Notes: generated by a model from the sequence alone, not told the origin. Shown: positions 48,057 to 61,438, numbered from the stretch's first letter. The stretch: 64,000 bases of DNA from Neodothiora populina (GCF_041146345.1 NW_027191417.1:992001-1056000); one strand, 5' to 3'. Made by a program: numbers and translations.

Positions 48057-50303
48057 GCACTTTGATACAATCGAGATGATATGAGTAACACGGGATCATG
48101 AAATACGCATGTAAAGGGTGTGATGAGTATTCGGCGCAAGGGTCTGCTTTTTTCTTCTTTTCTTTCCTTTTTCTTTTATTGCGAACAACATGGATACCCC
48201 ATCATGTGTACGGGTTAGCGGCGTACTCCTGGGTGCCTCTTGACCGGGTCGATTCGATCGAGCCAGGGGCGGGAATGGTGTCTCTCTGTTTAGAGCAGGT
48301 CGCTCTGCGCTGTCTTCGGTTTCTCTTTTTCTTTTCAATCCGAATTGCAGGAATCCTGCTACATACATACGACATATAGCAAAGGCATGAGAATTGTCGG
48401 AGGTTGTGTTAGATAACATGATTTAATCAATGAGACGTATATCCAACGTCTCAAAGAAGAAAATCCCATCTTCAAGTCCTTTTTGCACTGCTTATGAGGG
48501 CTACCTAACACTCCGCTGTAACGATGGATCCGATTACAGTGGTGCGATCGCTTATGTCTTGCTTAACGGCCTGTTTTCTCAATGTTATGCCAATTCTAGT
48601 CCATGTTGTCCTGCGAAAGTATGGCACACTGCTACCCATCATTCTCCAGCCCAAACCCCAGTCTTGTGACTTCATTATGACAATTTACCAGGCACTATTT
48701 ACGTGGTAGCAACCGAATAGCCAACCTCGAATCAAAGCGCTGTTATCTTAGATCCATTAGCAACCATGTTGACCAATAATCGTTAAGGCAACTCCTGTAT
48801 TTAAGGTACATTGGACCACAGATGATTCGAGAGCGACCCTGTCTGTATCAATGGCAACCCATATGCTTGCAGAGTGGGCGTGAACTTCATCCATATGCAT
48901 CTGCTGTCAATGTTGCGAACACCCTTTGATAAAGAGATGCCGCTTCAGTCTGCACTGAACGAAATAAAAGCAACTATTATATCGTACTAGACCGAGACTT
49001 GCTTGTGGATGTATTGTAAGGACAAGGAGCGCATGGACTTACACTCACTGTTCCGCTACCTAAACAAGCACAAGAGCACTAGCAAGTAGACAAAGCTATC
49101 TGCTGCTAGTAACGAAGCCACACACGGATACCGTGGCACCATGAGCTGCTGTCGTAGCACAATCTCGAAACCTCGACCGCGTTCGGATGACTCGAGATGC
49201 TGGTACACGCAATCGGCAGATGGCATAATTACAAGAGTACGAAAGGTGCCGCAAGCGAACACGAACAGAGTTAAGGTACAAGTAGCATCTCGCGGTACAC
49301 TCTATCAAGGAACCACCTCTTCCCGCCGTCGAGAGCTAAGCCTGTCGATCTGCATTTCACAAATATCTGAAACACTCAGTGAACCGTAAGGACTCAGGAC
49401 AGCAATGCGAAAAATGGATTCTTGTGGAATGGCATTTGCGATTCGGTATGAGTGTTCTCTTTCTGGTTCTTTGATCGATAACATGGAAAGTCTTGGATCC
49501 TTCGTCTACTGATATTAGGTCGTAGAAGAGCTGAGGTTGCCCATTAAGATAAGACTAGCTCTGTTCCCATATGTCTTAATGAGCCTCCACCACAGGCGAA
49601 GATCAATGTGCTCGTTCAGGCCCATGCCCATAGACAACATGCTGTCTCACACAAGAGCCGGGGTTCAACGGCGAAGCAAATCGAACAGTGTCCTGTAGAG
49701 AGGGGTTGGTAGAAGCAAAAAAGAGTTTTGGGGAAGACAGGGCCGGCCCACAGATCAGATGTTGAAACATGATGATTGGCTCCCACCAACGTGCCTTGCA
49801 TTCGCGCCCAAAGTGTGGAGGTGTGATTGTGTTTGGTCATTGGAGCTTTTTTTGCCTTGTCGCATTATGTATGGCCTGGCACAGATGGATGTGACTAGAT
49901 ATAATGATGCCACTTTGTAGATAGATGATCGCTTTTCTACGACGATAGATTAATTGTGTGCGCGCAGGAGTCTCTCTCTCTCTCATCGTCTGTCGAGACT
50001 TTTTTGTATACGACACGCCCGCCTTTCGTCTCCATCGCTGGGTCGACACTTTGTCACAACGGTCGCGCAACGAACGGTCGTGAATGTTGTTATTGCTGTA
50101 TTTACCGTCTCTGATAACTCTGCACTGCATTGCATTGCGATTGCACAAATCTCCCTTTCACCTGTCTGAAGTGTGCTTTGTATGATTTGTCTTCTGTTCA
50201 TTCATTCCTACTATGATAATTCGCCTGCCTACAACATTGAGTATCTTGACATGATCTGCGACAGCAAGTAGAGCACATACTATACCTCAGCAGGCTGTAT
50301 TCC

Positions 50304-52991
50304 ATGGACCCACGCGTGTCGCAAGCCTCGCCACGAGCAAAAGTGCGTGACTCATTCAGCAAACCCGCGTCTCCCTACCTACACAAACATCTTCAAGCGC
50401 AGCGAGGACTCCCCAAACAGGCCAGACATTCAGACATTGGCTATTTGACCCGCCCTGCACCTGACGATGACTTGTTCCTGGCCGAAGCCGAGGCCGACTC
50501 TGAGGCTGCTCAGACTACCGGCCGCCAGCAGTTCAAGCATCCTCCCTTGACCAGGTCCTCACGACATGGCACGCCTTCGGCGGAGAAGCATGCCGCGGAG
50601 GCGACGCAGCAAAAGGCTCCTCTGGGCGCCCGCGGGTTGGACCAGCATATCGACAAGTTGTCCAAGCTGAACTTTGACCTCAAGATGGAGTTGTTCCACT
50701 GCAGAGAGCGAATGGCCAAGTTGGAGGCCAGTTGCGATGTCCTCAGTGAGCGCGTCGAGGAGACGCAGATTGTCGCGAAGAATGCGGAGCGAGATAGGCA
50801 GGTGTTGCTGGAAATCAACGAGGAGATGGTCAAGGAGCTTGAGAAGAGGGACGAGGCTGTCCGCGAAGCTGTCACTATTATATGCGATCTCGAGGAGAAA
50901 CTCGAGAGAATGGATCAGCCTCAGCACGCCACACTCGGTCCCTCGCCGTTTGGGAATCATGTTACGCAACGCAAGTCTGCCAGACCTGACAGTGCGAGGC
51001 ACATGCTCTCGCCGCCTTCCTCGTCGAATGGCCTCTCGGTCATGTTCACTCCCGAGTCTAAAACATCCGGACGGTCTCGCGTGCCGTCGTTCATGTGCGA
51101 CAAGAAGCCGAGCACCAGCGCTCTGCGAAGTGTCTATCTTGGACCCAGCTCTAAACTACATGCAGTGAAGAGTTATGCCTCTCTGCGGTCCCAGAGAGAC
51201 GACTTCCCGGAGTTTGATGCCATGGACTCTCCGAGACTCAGTCTCCTCAGCGAGAGTAGTTTCCCGAGCATCTACAAGTCTAGAAAAGCTTCTGATCCAG
51301 ATCGCCAATACAGCAGTAGTCGTGAACGCACGCAGCAGAGCGAGAACCCTCGTGTGGACGAGTGGATCGCCTCCCGCGTGCCTTCGACGCTGCTGTCGCC
51401 CCCCGAACAGATGATCTCGCACACCCAGGACGCCACTCAATCTGGCGATAGACCCCATGGATACGCGCAGGCTCACGGATATTTCGATCACAACTCGGCA
51501 CCGGCACCACGCACTTACAGAAATGACGTCGCCTATCATCGAAAGCAGCGGTACACGAAAAAGTCATCGTCATCATCAGCAGACGAAGCTACACGCCACC
51601 GAAATATGCTTCCACCGACGCCGGAAAGTGTGAGTACTCGACTGTTGCGACAGTCCCAGTCCTCGCGCTCGAGTCTGGAGACGGCCTCAAAGGCCATGGG
51701 CATGGCCGTCCGCATCCCTGAAGAGCGAGGATCGCAAAAGTGGTATACTGGAAGAAGACTGTCCTCTTCGGATGAAGGTTTAGAGAGCGATGAGCTTGGC
51801 ATCAACGATGGCGATTTGTCAGTGGCAGACCGTGACTCTGAAGAGGATGGTTATGACTATCCTAACGGAGGATCGATTGTCACCGGCACACCGTCGCGCT
51901 TTCAGGCACCTCGCGATGGTCCACTCGCAAACAACCTGATCTTTGATGGTGAAGGTATCGAGCAAGTTGAACGCCCAAGCGCGACTAGGAGGAACACAGG
52001 CACAGATTTCAATATGCGTCAATCAGATCCCCGAAGGAAGACACTTCCACGCTCAGAAACGACTCCCGCACTTTTGGGTCACGGCACGTACAATGGACCA
52101 CAGAAACTGCTACGTGTCGAGACGAGTCCTTCTCTCCTGACACCTGGCTCGAGCAAGAGCACCGCTTCCAGAAGCGTCAATAGCAACTCGCCGGCAACCA
52201 GAGACCATCAAATCCTACACGCAAAGACGCCTGATAAGCGGCAACAGCAGCAACGCCGTCGCCTGTCCGATCGATTGGGTGGTGTACAACAATCACCATC
52301 AGAGCAGACATTGAGACAAGTCCAACCATCTACCGTCGCTGCGGTCACTCCAAAGAGTCAATCCTCAGCTGCTCGCGCACAACAACAGCCAAGCACTGGC
52401 GGTGTCGTTCGAGCAGCTGCCAATAAGCTCTTTCGTCGAATGAGCGACAGCACAGAGTACCCTTCTTCCGCCAAAACCCACCGCAGCGTTCAGCAGCAGC
52501 AGCAACCAACAACCACCTCATCTTCCCCAGGGATACGCCGACCCAAAACAGCACATCAAATAGGCTCAAGCACAACAACAACGACGCCGCAAAGATCCCA
52601 CAATTCGACAGTCACGACGGCGCAACCCAGCGGACGACCAGGATCCGGCCCAGCAGGCGCGCGCCTGATTACATTCGTCGACGACGAGAGATTCAAGCGT
52701 CCTTCGTCACGCGATAGTTCCGATCTCGCCCTCGTGGCGGCTAGCCAGGCGCTCGCTGGAGCTGCGGCTGCTACTGCCAATGCCAATGCCGCCTTTCCTT
52801 CGTCTGGTGGAAGAAGACAATCCTTCCAGCCGCAGCTATTGCAGAGTTTGCATTCGTCCTCGACGTTGGGAGGTGGAGGCCCGATTGCACAGAGTAGTGG
52901 GTCGACCGGAGCAGCAGCAGTGACGGGGAAAGAAGGAGGAGGCGGAGCAAGGGCTTTCTTTCGCAGAGCAGGGAGTGTACGCAGGAGTTGA
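50304..52991 (+). CDS. Centrosomin N-terminal motif 1 (CM1/Cnn_1N) protein with short coiled coil and long disordered tail
   Basis: 895-aa intronless ORF. LGARGLDQHIDKLSKLNFDLKMELFHCRER resembles the CM1 consensus L.KENF.LKL.I.FLEE and is followed by ~70 aa of heptads; the rest is S/Q/R-rich. Confidence 0.78.
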   Translation: MDPRVSQASPRAKVRDSFSKPASPYLHKHLQAQRGLPKQARHSDIGYLTRPAPDDDLFLAEAEADSEAAQTTGRQQFKHPPLTRSSRHGTPSAEKHAAEATQQKAPLGARGLDQHIDKLSKLNFDLKMELFHCRERMAKLEASCDVLSERVEETQIVAKNAERDRQVLLEINEEMVKELEKRDEAVREAVTIICDLEEKLERMDQPQHATLGPSPFGNHVTQRKSARPDSARHMLSPPSSSNGLSVMFTPESKTSGRSRVPSFMCDKKPSTSALRSVYLGPSSKLHAVKSYASLRSQRDDFPEFDAMDSPRLSLLSESSFPSIYKSRKASDPDRQYSSSRERTQQSENPRVDEWIASRVPSTLLSPPEQMISHTQDATQSGDRPHGYAQAHGYFDHNSAPAPRTYRNDVAYHRKQRYTKKSSSSSADEATRHRNMLPPTPESVSTRLLRQSQSSRSSLETASKAMGMAVRIPEERGSQKWYTGRRLSSSDEGLESDELGINDGDLSVADRDSEEDGYDYPNGGSIVTGTPSRFQAPRDGPLANNLIFDGEGIEQVERPSATRRNTGTDFNMRQSDPRRKTLPRSETTPALLGHGTYNGPQKLLRVETSPSLLTPGSSKSTASRSVNSNSPATRDHQILHAKTPDKRQQQQRRRLSDRLGGVQQSPSEQTLRQVQPSTVAAVTPKSQSSAARAQQQPSTGGVVRAAANKLFRRMSDSTEYPSSAKTHRSVQQQQQPTTTSSSPGIRRPKTAHQIGSSTTTTTPQRSHNSTVTTAQPSGRPGSGPAGARLITFVDDERFKRPSSRDSSDLALVAASQALAGAAAATANANAAFPSSGGRRQSFQPQLLQSLHSSSTLGGGGPIAQSSGSTGAAAVTGKEGGGGARAFFRRAGSVRRS

Positions 52992-54093
52992 GAAGAAAGA
53001 CACACTTCGCGGAGTTCCTTTTTTGGACGTAAAATGAAGATAATCAGAGTGATGATGACAGATTTGACTTATATTATTTGGAGAACACCTACTGTACTAT
53101 TCATAGCTCTATCCGTTCCACGCCCGTTTCCTCATCCTGGCTGATGACTTTCTCGTCCTTGTTCTCGTCCTCTTCGTTACCTGTGAGTCTACATGAATTA
53201 TTACCTTAGTAGACAGACGAACAAGAAAGCTCTTGATCTCGAGAATCAACACCTCCCTTTGTTCCTTCCCATCTCACTTCGTTGATACACCTTCACTAAT
53301 TAACAGGCTAGCAAAGGAAAAGAAGCGCAGGTGTGAGAGTATGGGAATCCGTAACCCACTCAGTATCGAGTTCTAGGCTGGACCACATTTCGGCATCGAA
53401 TGATTAAATAACGAGATGTTTCCTACCCCTGCTCGCGCCGCATGTCTGTCTGTTACATATCCAAGAAGATGGAACCGACGATAACAGGCATAGTGTTTCA
53501 CGAATCTCTACAGATCCGGGTGACGTGTCTACAGGATGTCTCTCTTTCCATCACTTTACCTTCCTTGCCTGTTTGTCTGCCTACCGATCGCTTACTTGCC
53601 CTTCCTGCCCATTCGCCTGTACCTTCCTACCTGACTGCCTTAGAATAAATGAATAGGTCGATAGTGAATCAAGATCTAGGTGACCGGGACCGGAGAAGGG
53701 AGAAGGAGGAGAGAGGGGAAGCTGAGCTGAACAGAACAGAGTAGATGTCTCACACGACAGAGAGCTCACTTTTCTTGACCCTGCTTGACTTCACCACCTA
53801 TACAAAAGTATCTTTCTATAGAGTACAAAGTTATTTCAGCCCATGTCTCGTCGAAGTCCATGCTCATGACCGCATAACGCTTATGCCGCCCTCTGCTAAC
53901 TTCGACATTATGTCTGCGCCCGCTCCTGTGAAGTTATCTCAGACAAAGACAAAGAAAGTCAATTCCTGACAAGACTCTGGAAGAGAGCCACAATAGCTTC
54001 ATCCATCCGTCCATTAATCGACTCCTCAGACGTCGGGACACACGCCCGAGACCTCACGCCTAAGACCTCACGCCACGCCACGCCGCGCCACCA

Positions 54094-54128
54094 TCGTCTT
54101 TCGTCTTTCGTCTTTCGTCTTTCGTCTT
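54094..54128 (+). repeat. (TCGTCTT)5 tandem repeat, preceded by CACGC-type short repeats
   Basis: Read directly. Confidence 0.9.
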
Positions 54129-57100
54129 GTTTTATGGACTCTACTCTCTTGCATTGCTTGCCTTCCATTCTTACTATGCTGTCGCAGGACCCCGCGGTGT
54201 TACCTATTCGCTTTCTTTCAAGAACAGTTCATTTCCTTCCCTCTTAAACCCGACTGCTGTTTCTCCGCCGTGCGCAGAAAGAGACGAGCGTAGTGAGGGA
54301 GATGAGGAATCGTGTAGATAAGAAGGTAAAACATGTAGCGAATGAGAAGGTGGTGGCATCATAACTGTTTAGGACCTTACTGTCTTACGGATCTTGTCAT
54401 TGTATCTGTGAGATACGTCGGATTAAGAAGAGACGAGACATAGGGACGAAAAGGACTGTTGTAGCTAAAGCTCGACTGGCCTAAAAAGGCCTACGACAGA
54501 GTATGAGACAATGGAATAAGACATGACCTTAAAGTAGTTGTCGTGCATCTTGTACAGTATAGTACAATGCAGTATAGTACAGTACAGTATATACATATAT
54601 ACATACCTTAGGGTACCATTTTGTCTTGGTAACAATATACCTACTTTGAGTCTGACCATACGACAACAAGCAGGACTTTTCCTTCCATATTACCTCGTCG
54701 CCTAGAGACATAGACTTTACAAATTACTCGAACAACGCGCGGATTCAGCAATCGTAGCCCGCTCTGACGTTCTTTTTGTCATTGATCCCGGGTTCCTGTC
54801 GTAAACGCCGGCACGGCACTCATCTTTCCCTACCTGAATCTTCGTCGCGCAGCCCTGTAAAGGTAAAAGATCCCAGCAAACAAAACTCGAATCTCGAAAC
54901 GGGCGAATTTAAAATCAGCAAAGGAAGAGAGAGGGAGAGAGTCGCGGTAGTCGTGCATACAGTGCGCAAGATAAAAATCAATTACCCGCATATTTACCCA
55001 TCAATGCTCGAGTATGTCGTTCACAAGTCGTTCACCCCACGTACAGCCCACGAACAGCACTACAGCAGCACAGCATGTCGTTGAGACATGCCACAGCCCC
55101 CAGAAAAAAAAAGACGGTGGTTTCCAAAACGCCAACGGTCTGTAACGGCCGCGTTTTGCTTCGAATCGTGGCACGCATCGTGTCGTAAGAGGGAGGGAAA
55201 AACAAGAAACACAACGGACGACCGCCCCGAGCCGCACTTGTCGCCTCATCGTTGCCCAGCGCGGGCGGTCCAACCGCCAACGCTCAAACGCTTGCGTTTC
55301 TCGCCTCGTCTTGCTCGTCGCTGCTTTCCTGCGATTTTACCCACCATTGAATGTTTTACCATTTTTCTTCCTATGCATAGATGATGTTGTTGTCGTGCTG
55401 TATCTGCGCCTTGATCACTGACAGAATCATGACAACAGTATCAGATCGGTGCAAAAATCCAAATGTGTAATGACACGCGCATGCATGCATGTAGAGCCGT
55501 TATGCGTTACATCGTGTTTTGCGCCTTTCTGGCGTGGTTCTTTGTTTGCTAAAGCAGGTTGACAGGTGAGGCAAGGCAAGGTGAGGTGGGCAGACCCACA
55601 CACCCGGCTCACTGCTGTACGTTGTCCAGCCTCTAGTTTGTCTCTCATCGCGCCCCCAGTCCTCCGCCCTTTCCCCACTGCTCATGTGCATGGCCCATAT
55701 AAACTTCTTCGTTGCAAGGGAAACCCACAAACAGTCTCAACAGGCGATCTGTTGTCGCAGAACTTACCGGCTCGGGTAGACAGCAGATCACCGTTGATGG
55801 CTCGCTCAACGGCATCATGCCACTTGCTATGATACTGCGTATGCATCGCTAATGAAGAGACAGACGTATTGTTGGGATTTCATTCGCTCTTGCTGAACGT
55901 TCTTCGTCTATGCCTTCCCACTGTAATAACGACAAGGATATAGCAGAGGAGGTGTAGTGGTGTTTGGCCGTCGTCGATAGCGTCCCCATCAGAATGCAAG
56001 ACTAGTGAATATCATGGTCGTCGACTCTCTTTCTTCTAAGCGACAACGGCTATAGTGCACCGATGATGGGCCAGATGGTAAAGGGGCGGACTCCAGTGTA
56101 GCTTATCGCATGTAAACTGCGGTAAAGACTAAGCTTGCTGGCGACCTTTATAGAGATACAAGACATGAATAGCAAGAAACGGAAATAAGACCTCTGGACA
56201 AGGCACTTGCGCATGTTTCCAAATTTGTGTGATCTGTCCCGCGACTGATTGGAATCGCGGTGTGTCTATCGTCCAACGTACTGTAGTGATCTACCGCGGT
56301 AATTCTTAGTGCTGCGATAGTGATGTGCACGGCAGTCCATTTTTGCAATGCTCGAAAATGGAAATTCTGATCTGTATAGTGTCTATCTGCGCATATCAAG
56401 CCCACGAAGGTGGAGCAACTGACATGGCAACTGATCCCTCTGCTCGGTGAAAGTTGAACGCGTACCGTGCGAGGGACTAGCTGCTTCGATTAGTGTCCAT
56501 GTAAAGGCGGGCTGCTGCAGTAGAGGCATGCGTCGATCATCGTTATCTAGGCCTCGAATAAACCGGACGATGCTTTCGGTACAGAGATGACATTTTCCTC
56601 GACATTTTCCGAAGCTCCTTTATCTCCTGCGCTGTGCATACGCCTATGCAGGAACAGTACGAAGATTCTGTCAAAGGAATTGGCATAGCATGGGACTAGG
56701 TGTAAGCTTACTGTGGCACGGCACGATAGCTATGTAATGTGCTCTCTCTCTCACTCATTCTGCGACACTCCCCGGAGGACCGCCGAGCAGAGAAGAACAG
56801 TGGCTGGAGACACACTCGCCTTGACGATATTCGCCTTGACGAGATTGAATGCGCCAATGCTCATCTCATGTATGGGGGCTGGGTGGGGGTGTTTATGAGT
56901 GGGTCTCAACCAGGATTGGTCATCTCCTTTCAAATACACAGGATGGTGTAGTGGGGATCCGCACGTGTTTGTTTATACATATATCAAACATTATGTTACA
57001 CGTACTGGACGCCCAATGACGCCGAAATCAGAGGAGAGCTCACTCACCTCCAATGCAGGCCGAGTGAGTTGCCTAGTGCCAGGAGCTTACTGCGTCGACC

Positions 57101-57495
57101 GAGACGAACGAGATCCGCGCATGGCACCATCGTGGGGGGTTTCGGTGCTGATCGGAACATCAGCTGTGTAGCAATATTGCGACACTATTCGAGACTGTCT
57201 CTACCGAGCCAGCAGGGCAAGGTCGTACACTGTGCCGCAGGCGGTATAGACCCGTTGAGGCAGCTATTTGGGGCAGCGTGGGCAGCTCCAACCCGAAGAA
57301 GTCATGATCAGCCAGAAGATTTACACAAGCAGATAAACATTAGGCGGCGTGTCGGGGCTCAACGTCGCTGTCATGCACCGAGCAGCGTGAGGCAAAGGCT
57401 ATAGGTTGTATTCCTGCAATTATCGTACTAAAGATCATGTGGGAGATCGTGCGACAAGTGTAAGATATCGTGGCACGCTCCAAGCCTTGAGACGA

Positions 57496-57526
57496 ACTCC
57501 GCTGTGAGGTTACTCCGCTGTGAGGT
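57496..57526 (+). repeat. Tandem duplication ACTCCGCTGTGAGGT-T-ACTCCGCTGTGAGGT
   Basis: Read directly. Confidence 0.85.
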
Positions 57527-60500
57527 AGGTCCAGCCCATCAGAGAGGAAGTGTTGCACAGCCTCACTGTTGTCATGTTACCTATTTACGGATGGATGCAC
57601 GATGCACTGCTAAGGCAGGCCGTCGTCATCTGCCACTTCCCGTTTAAATGGAAAAGTATCTCTCATGTTCGCTGCTTAAGGTATCTATCATTTATCTGAT
57701 TGTGTGGTTATAGTATAAATGCGGATGGTAGCATTGGTCGTACCACTGTGATAGACAGAAGTGCTCCAGTGAGGTGTTAAGAGTCGTGTACTTCGTAAGG
57801 TATGTAATTGAAGTCGAGATGCAATGCTGTCTGACTGCACTGACTCGATTAGAATATTATGCTTGTTGAATTGCCGAGTCCCTTACTGTTGTTTCCATAA
57901 AGTTGAGGCATCACTATCAAGTCTCGCGCTCTTCATGTTATGACTAAGAAGCTTGTATTCAATATACTATAAAGAAAGTAACAAATGAATGAGAAATGCT
58001 ATACAGCTGAGAACCTTGGGCATGATAGAGTGAGTAAAAAAGAGCCAGCAGAAGCACAAAACTGCAAAAGCGTTAATCTGACGATAGCGAGAGCTTAATA
58101 GTACACAAAATAAGTCTGCAAGCCAACACAACTTAACTACCTGACCTTTCGGTATTGATCCCTTCGACTGGAATATTCTCGACCGAAAGATTCCCTTGCT
58201 TCTAGTCTTACTCGAAGCAAAAGCGCCTAAGCTCGCCGAGGACTTTGAGGGGGATACATAACGTAGACAGATCGATTGCACGCCATGAAGGTCCGCGGCG
58301 CGGGTCACTTGTGTCATAACATTGAAGCGTGAACGACGCCGGTAGGTAGATTTGTTCTGCATCTAAGATGCGTGCCCTAACACATGACTTCGAAGATCAT
58401 ACAATTACGTCGTTTCGTTACATGCACATTATGGAGTGACGAAGGTCATATAAAACATGCGGGACGCAGCGATGACCAGAGGATGGCAACCTGCACAGAA
58501 GTATCTGTACTTGTACAGTACAGTAAGGTATATGGTCGACTCACGAACCAAACGCGCACGGATGATCTACAAATAAATAATCAACGGACTTCTTGACCGT
58601 ACGAATAATAAACGCTTGAGGTCTTGATACTGCATACTGGACGGTCAGCCGGTGAACTTCAGTTAGGCTACACAGCGGTGAGAGCATGAACAACTAGAGC
58701 TGTGCATCCCATTATAGCTGTCAAGATTGATCTGCAAACACTATCGAGGTTGCCAGAATTCGATAGTTCTCGAGTCTATACATTTCGCCGTGATATGGCC
58801 TTCAAGTGTCCTGCCTGACAAGACCGACTGATGAACCATGGATAAGCTACATCAACGGTATGGTGTGGGTTGGGGGTTGGAGTTTGATCCTACCTCGGAT
58901 GATGCAATCACCTTTAATCCATAGTTTTGATATGTTCGACATCAGCTTCTGTTTCCGAATTTCATCGTTCTGTGATCTAGGAGTAAGACAGTGGCAATGT
59001 CGTAGCCAGGTGCTACCTCGTCCGGCTTCCGGACACTTGACAACACCGCTGGTTTGTCAACGCAGTCAATGATCGGGTCGATCGCAGTTTGTCTCACTTC
59101 CGATCGACATGAATCCGAGGGTTAGCTCCTCACAAGTGCAACGCATTGGGTGGTTAAGGCGTGCGATCAGCGTGTTGCGGTCCGAATCTGGTCAGTGATC
59201 AAGCAAGCGTTTCTCCTAGACTCAAGCAAAGATCCAGAACCTCACAAGTGTGCAGCAAATGTCGCGCTCAGAACGATGGAGGAACGATATCTGACTTTAC
59301 CTTTCTATGTGCACAATGCAACATCTGACTTGCCTTGACGAGTCAAGGAACTGCGAGCGGCGCCTCCCGGATGCTCTTCGGGTGGTAGGATCAAGCCGTG
59401 CAGCCACGCAGCCACCGAACAGCATGATATAGACGGAACTTGGACTCAAATTCGTCGGAGGGCCAGCGATGCTAAGACTTTATCAAACACAGCCGGGTTC
59501 CGACGGTTATCATAAGAGATCTACGAGGTGCAAGATTAACGACCTCGTTGAGTGGCTTCGCCGAGCTGCTTGTCTCAGATTGCACAGCCAGCGTCGAGGC
59601 TAGCGGACCCCAAGTTGAGGACAGTTGTGGAGCACTCTACTGCCATAGCGACCTCGCAAGCACCTCGATACATGCCATCCTTCGCGTAATCCTGATTATC
59701 GTGTAAGTGGACGAACACTATCTACGCCAAAATGAAGGATCGTTGCGGTGTATATCCAATATAGCGATATCAATGCCCAGATGTGTGGGAAATAGCACTG
59801 GTCTCACACAAAGCACTGATAACACCTTTAATAATCTACTGCGTCCTTGGCGAGAACCAAACCGCAAGCCGTCGCTTAGAGTCTACGGCCAGATCCAGCC
59901 AGACTTCGTGTTCCAGGGCAACTACTACAGTACATATCGTAATCTCTAGCCAAGTGGTGGCAAGGCAAGAGAAGACAATCCCGATTGTGGCGACTTTCGA
60001 GAACAAATTGTGTTCCACTGGCCAGGATGTCTGCAGCTTTTTCATCAATCAGACGCAGGGTTGCCCGATGTATTGAGGTAAGGTTGACCTTGCAAGGCGT
60101 CGAAGGTTAAGGTACCCGATACAAGCACAACGGAAGAGAACTCTGATGAGTGAATTCCGGCGCTAGGGCCTTAGTGACAGCGTTGCGGATACTCCCTTCT
60201 GCCACAACCGCTGAAACGCAAGGTACATGGAATAACGTTCAGGTACCTGAGGTACTACTTACGACGACAGTGAAAACTGCATGGAACAGATCTTTTCAAA
60301 CCCAGCCGTCAGAACTCTAAGCATGTGAAGGGATCAACCGGATCAGAAGATTGCAGGGTGCCGACCTGTGGAAGGTCCCTATCGAGCTGTAGCGAAAGAT
60401 ATGCGCGATGTATGTGGGTTTCACATGTGTTGATCGCGTAGATATTCGATCTGTAATCAGGCACAGAACAGCCGACATATCTCAAATTATACTGCTGTGC

Positions 60501-61438
60501 TGTACTATCCATCAAATGCATAAAGTATTGGAGCAGGTGCACAGGACTTTTCCTCTTTGGCGCTCGCTCAATATTCTGTCCAAATAACTTGTCGTTCATC
60601 ATCAGTAGCTCGCTTGTCTGTTTCAGATGGGCGCGACCGCGCTTTTGGCTCCGGTTTTCCGTTCTGACGGTGACGGCATACGCCATCGTGCCATGCTTGT
60701 CTCGATCGCCCAGCAACTCTTCGAAGGCAAGCTTCGTCTGTCCGGGATAACTCTGAGCTTCATAGAGGGTGGGTCGGTTTGCCATTTCCCTGTTAAACCT
60801 GCAGCAAATAATCTCAACATAACGCCGCACCATCCTGTGGCTGGTCTATGCCCGGCGACGTGCTATCAAACCCTTGCTGGGACTCCTCTATTTACGAAAC
60901 TTGTATCATGCATGACACTAAAGTAGTATCCTGGTCTGTGTCCACTGCCGTTGAGCCTCCCGTCGTGGAGTGACTCGCGTTCAGACGTAGACACTGACCC
61001 AAAGTCTGTCCAAGATAAGCAGTGCATTCTGTTTACCCCAGTAGCTCCGATGAACTAGTCCATCAGGTCGTTGGAGGACGGCACGCTCTTTTCGCGATCT
61101 TTTAGATACCCTCTTTTGCCCATCTTGACCGTTCTTCTTCAGGTAGTGATTTGCATTGCGTGCAGTGCCATATCCCCGTACTTGCCGGGTCAAGACTACT
61201 TTTCTTCTCTCCACAGCCCTCTCTATTCTTGTTCTTGTGTCCCTCGTATTACGAGAAGTTGCGTGTTACAGACGAGCCTTGCATATTTCGTCACCCTTCC
61301 CGTCCAGCCATTACGGGTGACACTCGCTCATACCCTCCTGGCCATCTCATGCTGTCTTTATAATAATCAGACTCCCGTAACGACTCGCCCTTTGCGGCGT
61401 TGGACACTCGTTCGAGCATCAAAATACACGCTACCAAT

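Noticed and set aside
53050..53145. ATGATGA...CTGA pair resembling a box C/D snoRNA
   Set aside because: I recognised no terminal stem or rRNA-complementary guide, and it lies in the likely 3'UTR of the CM1 gene.
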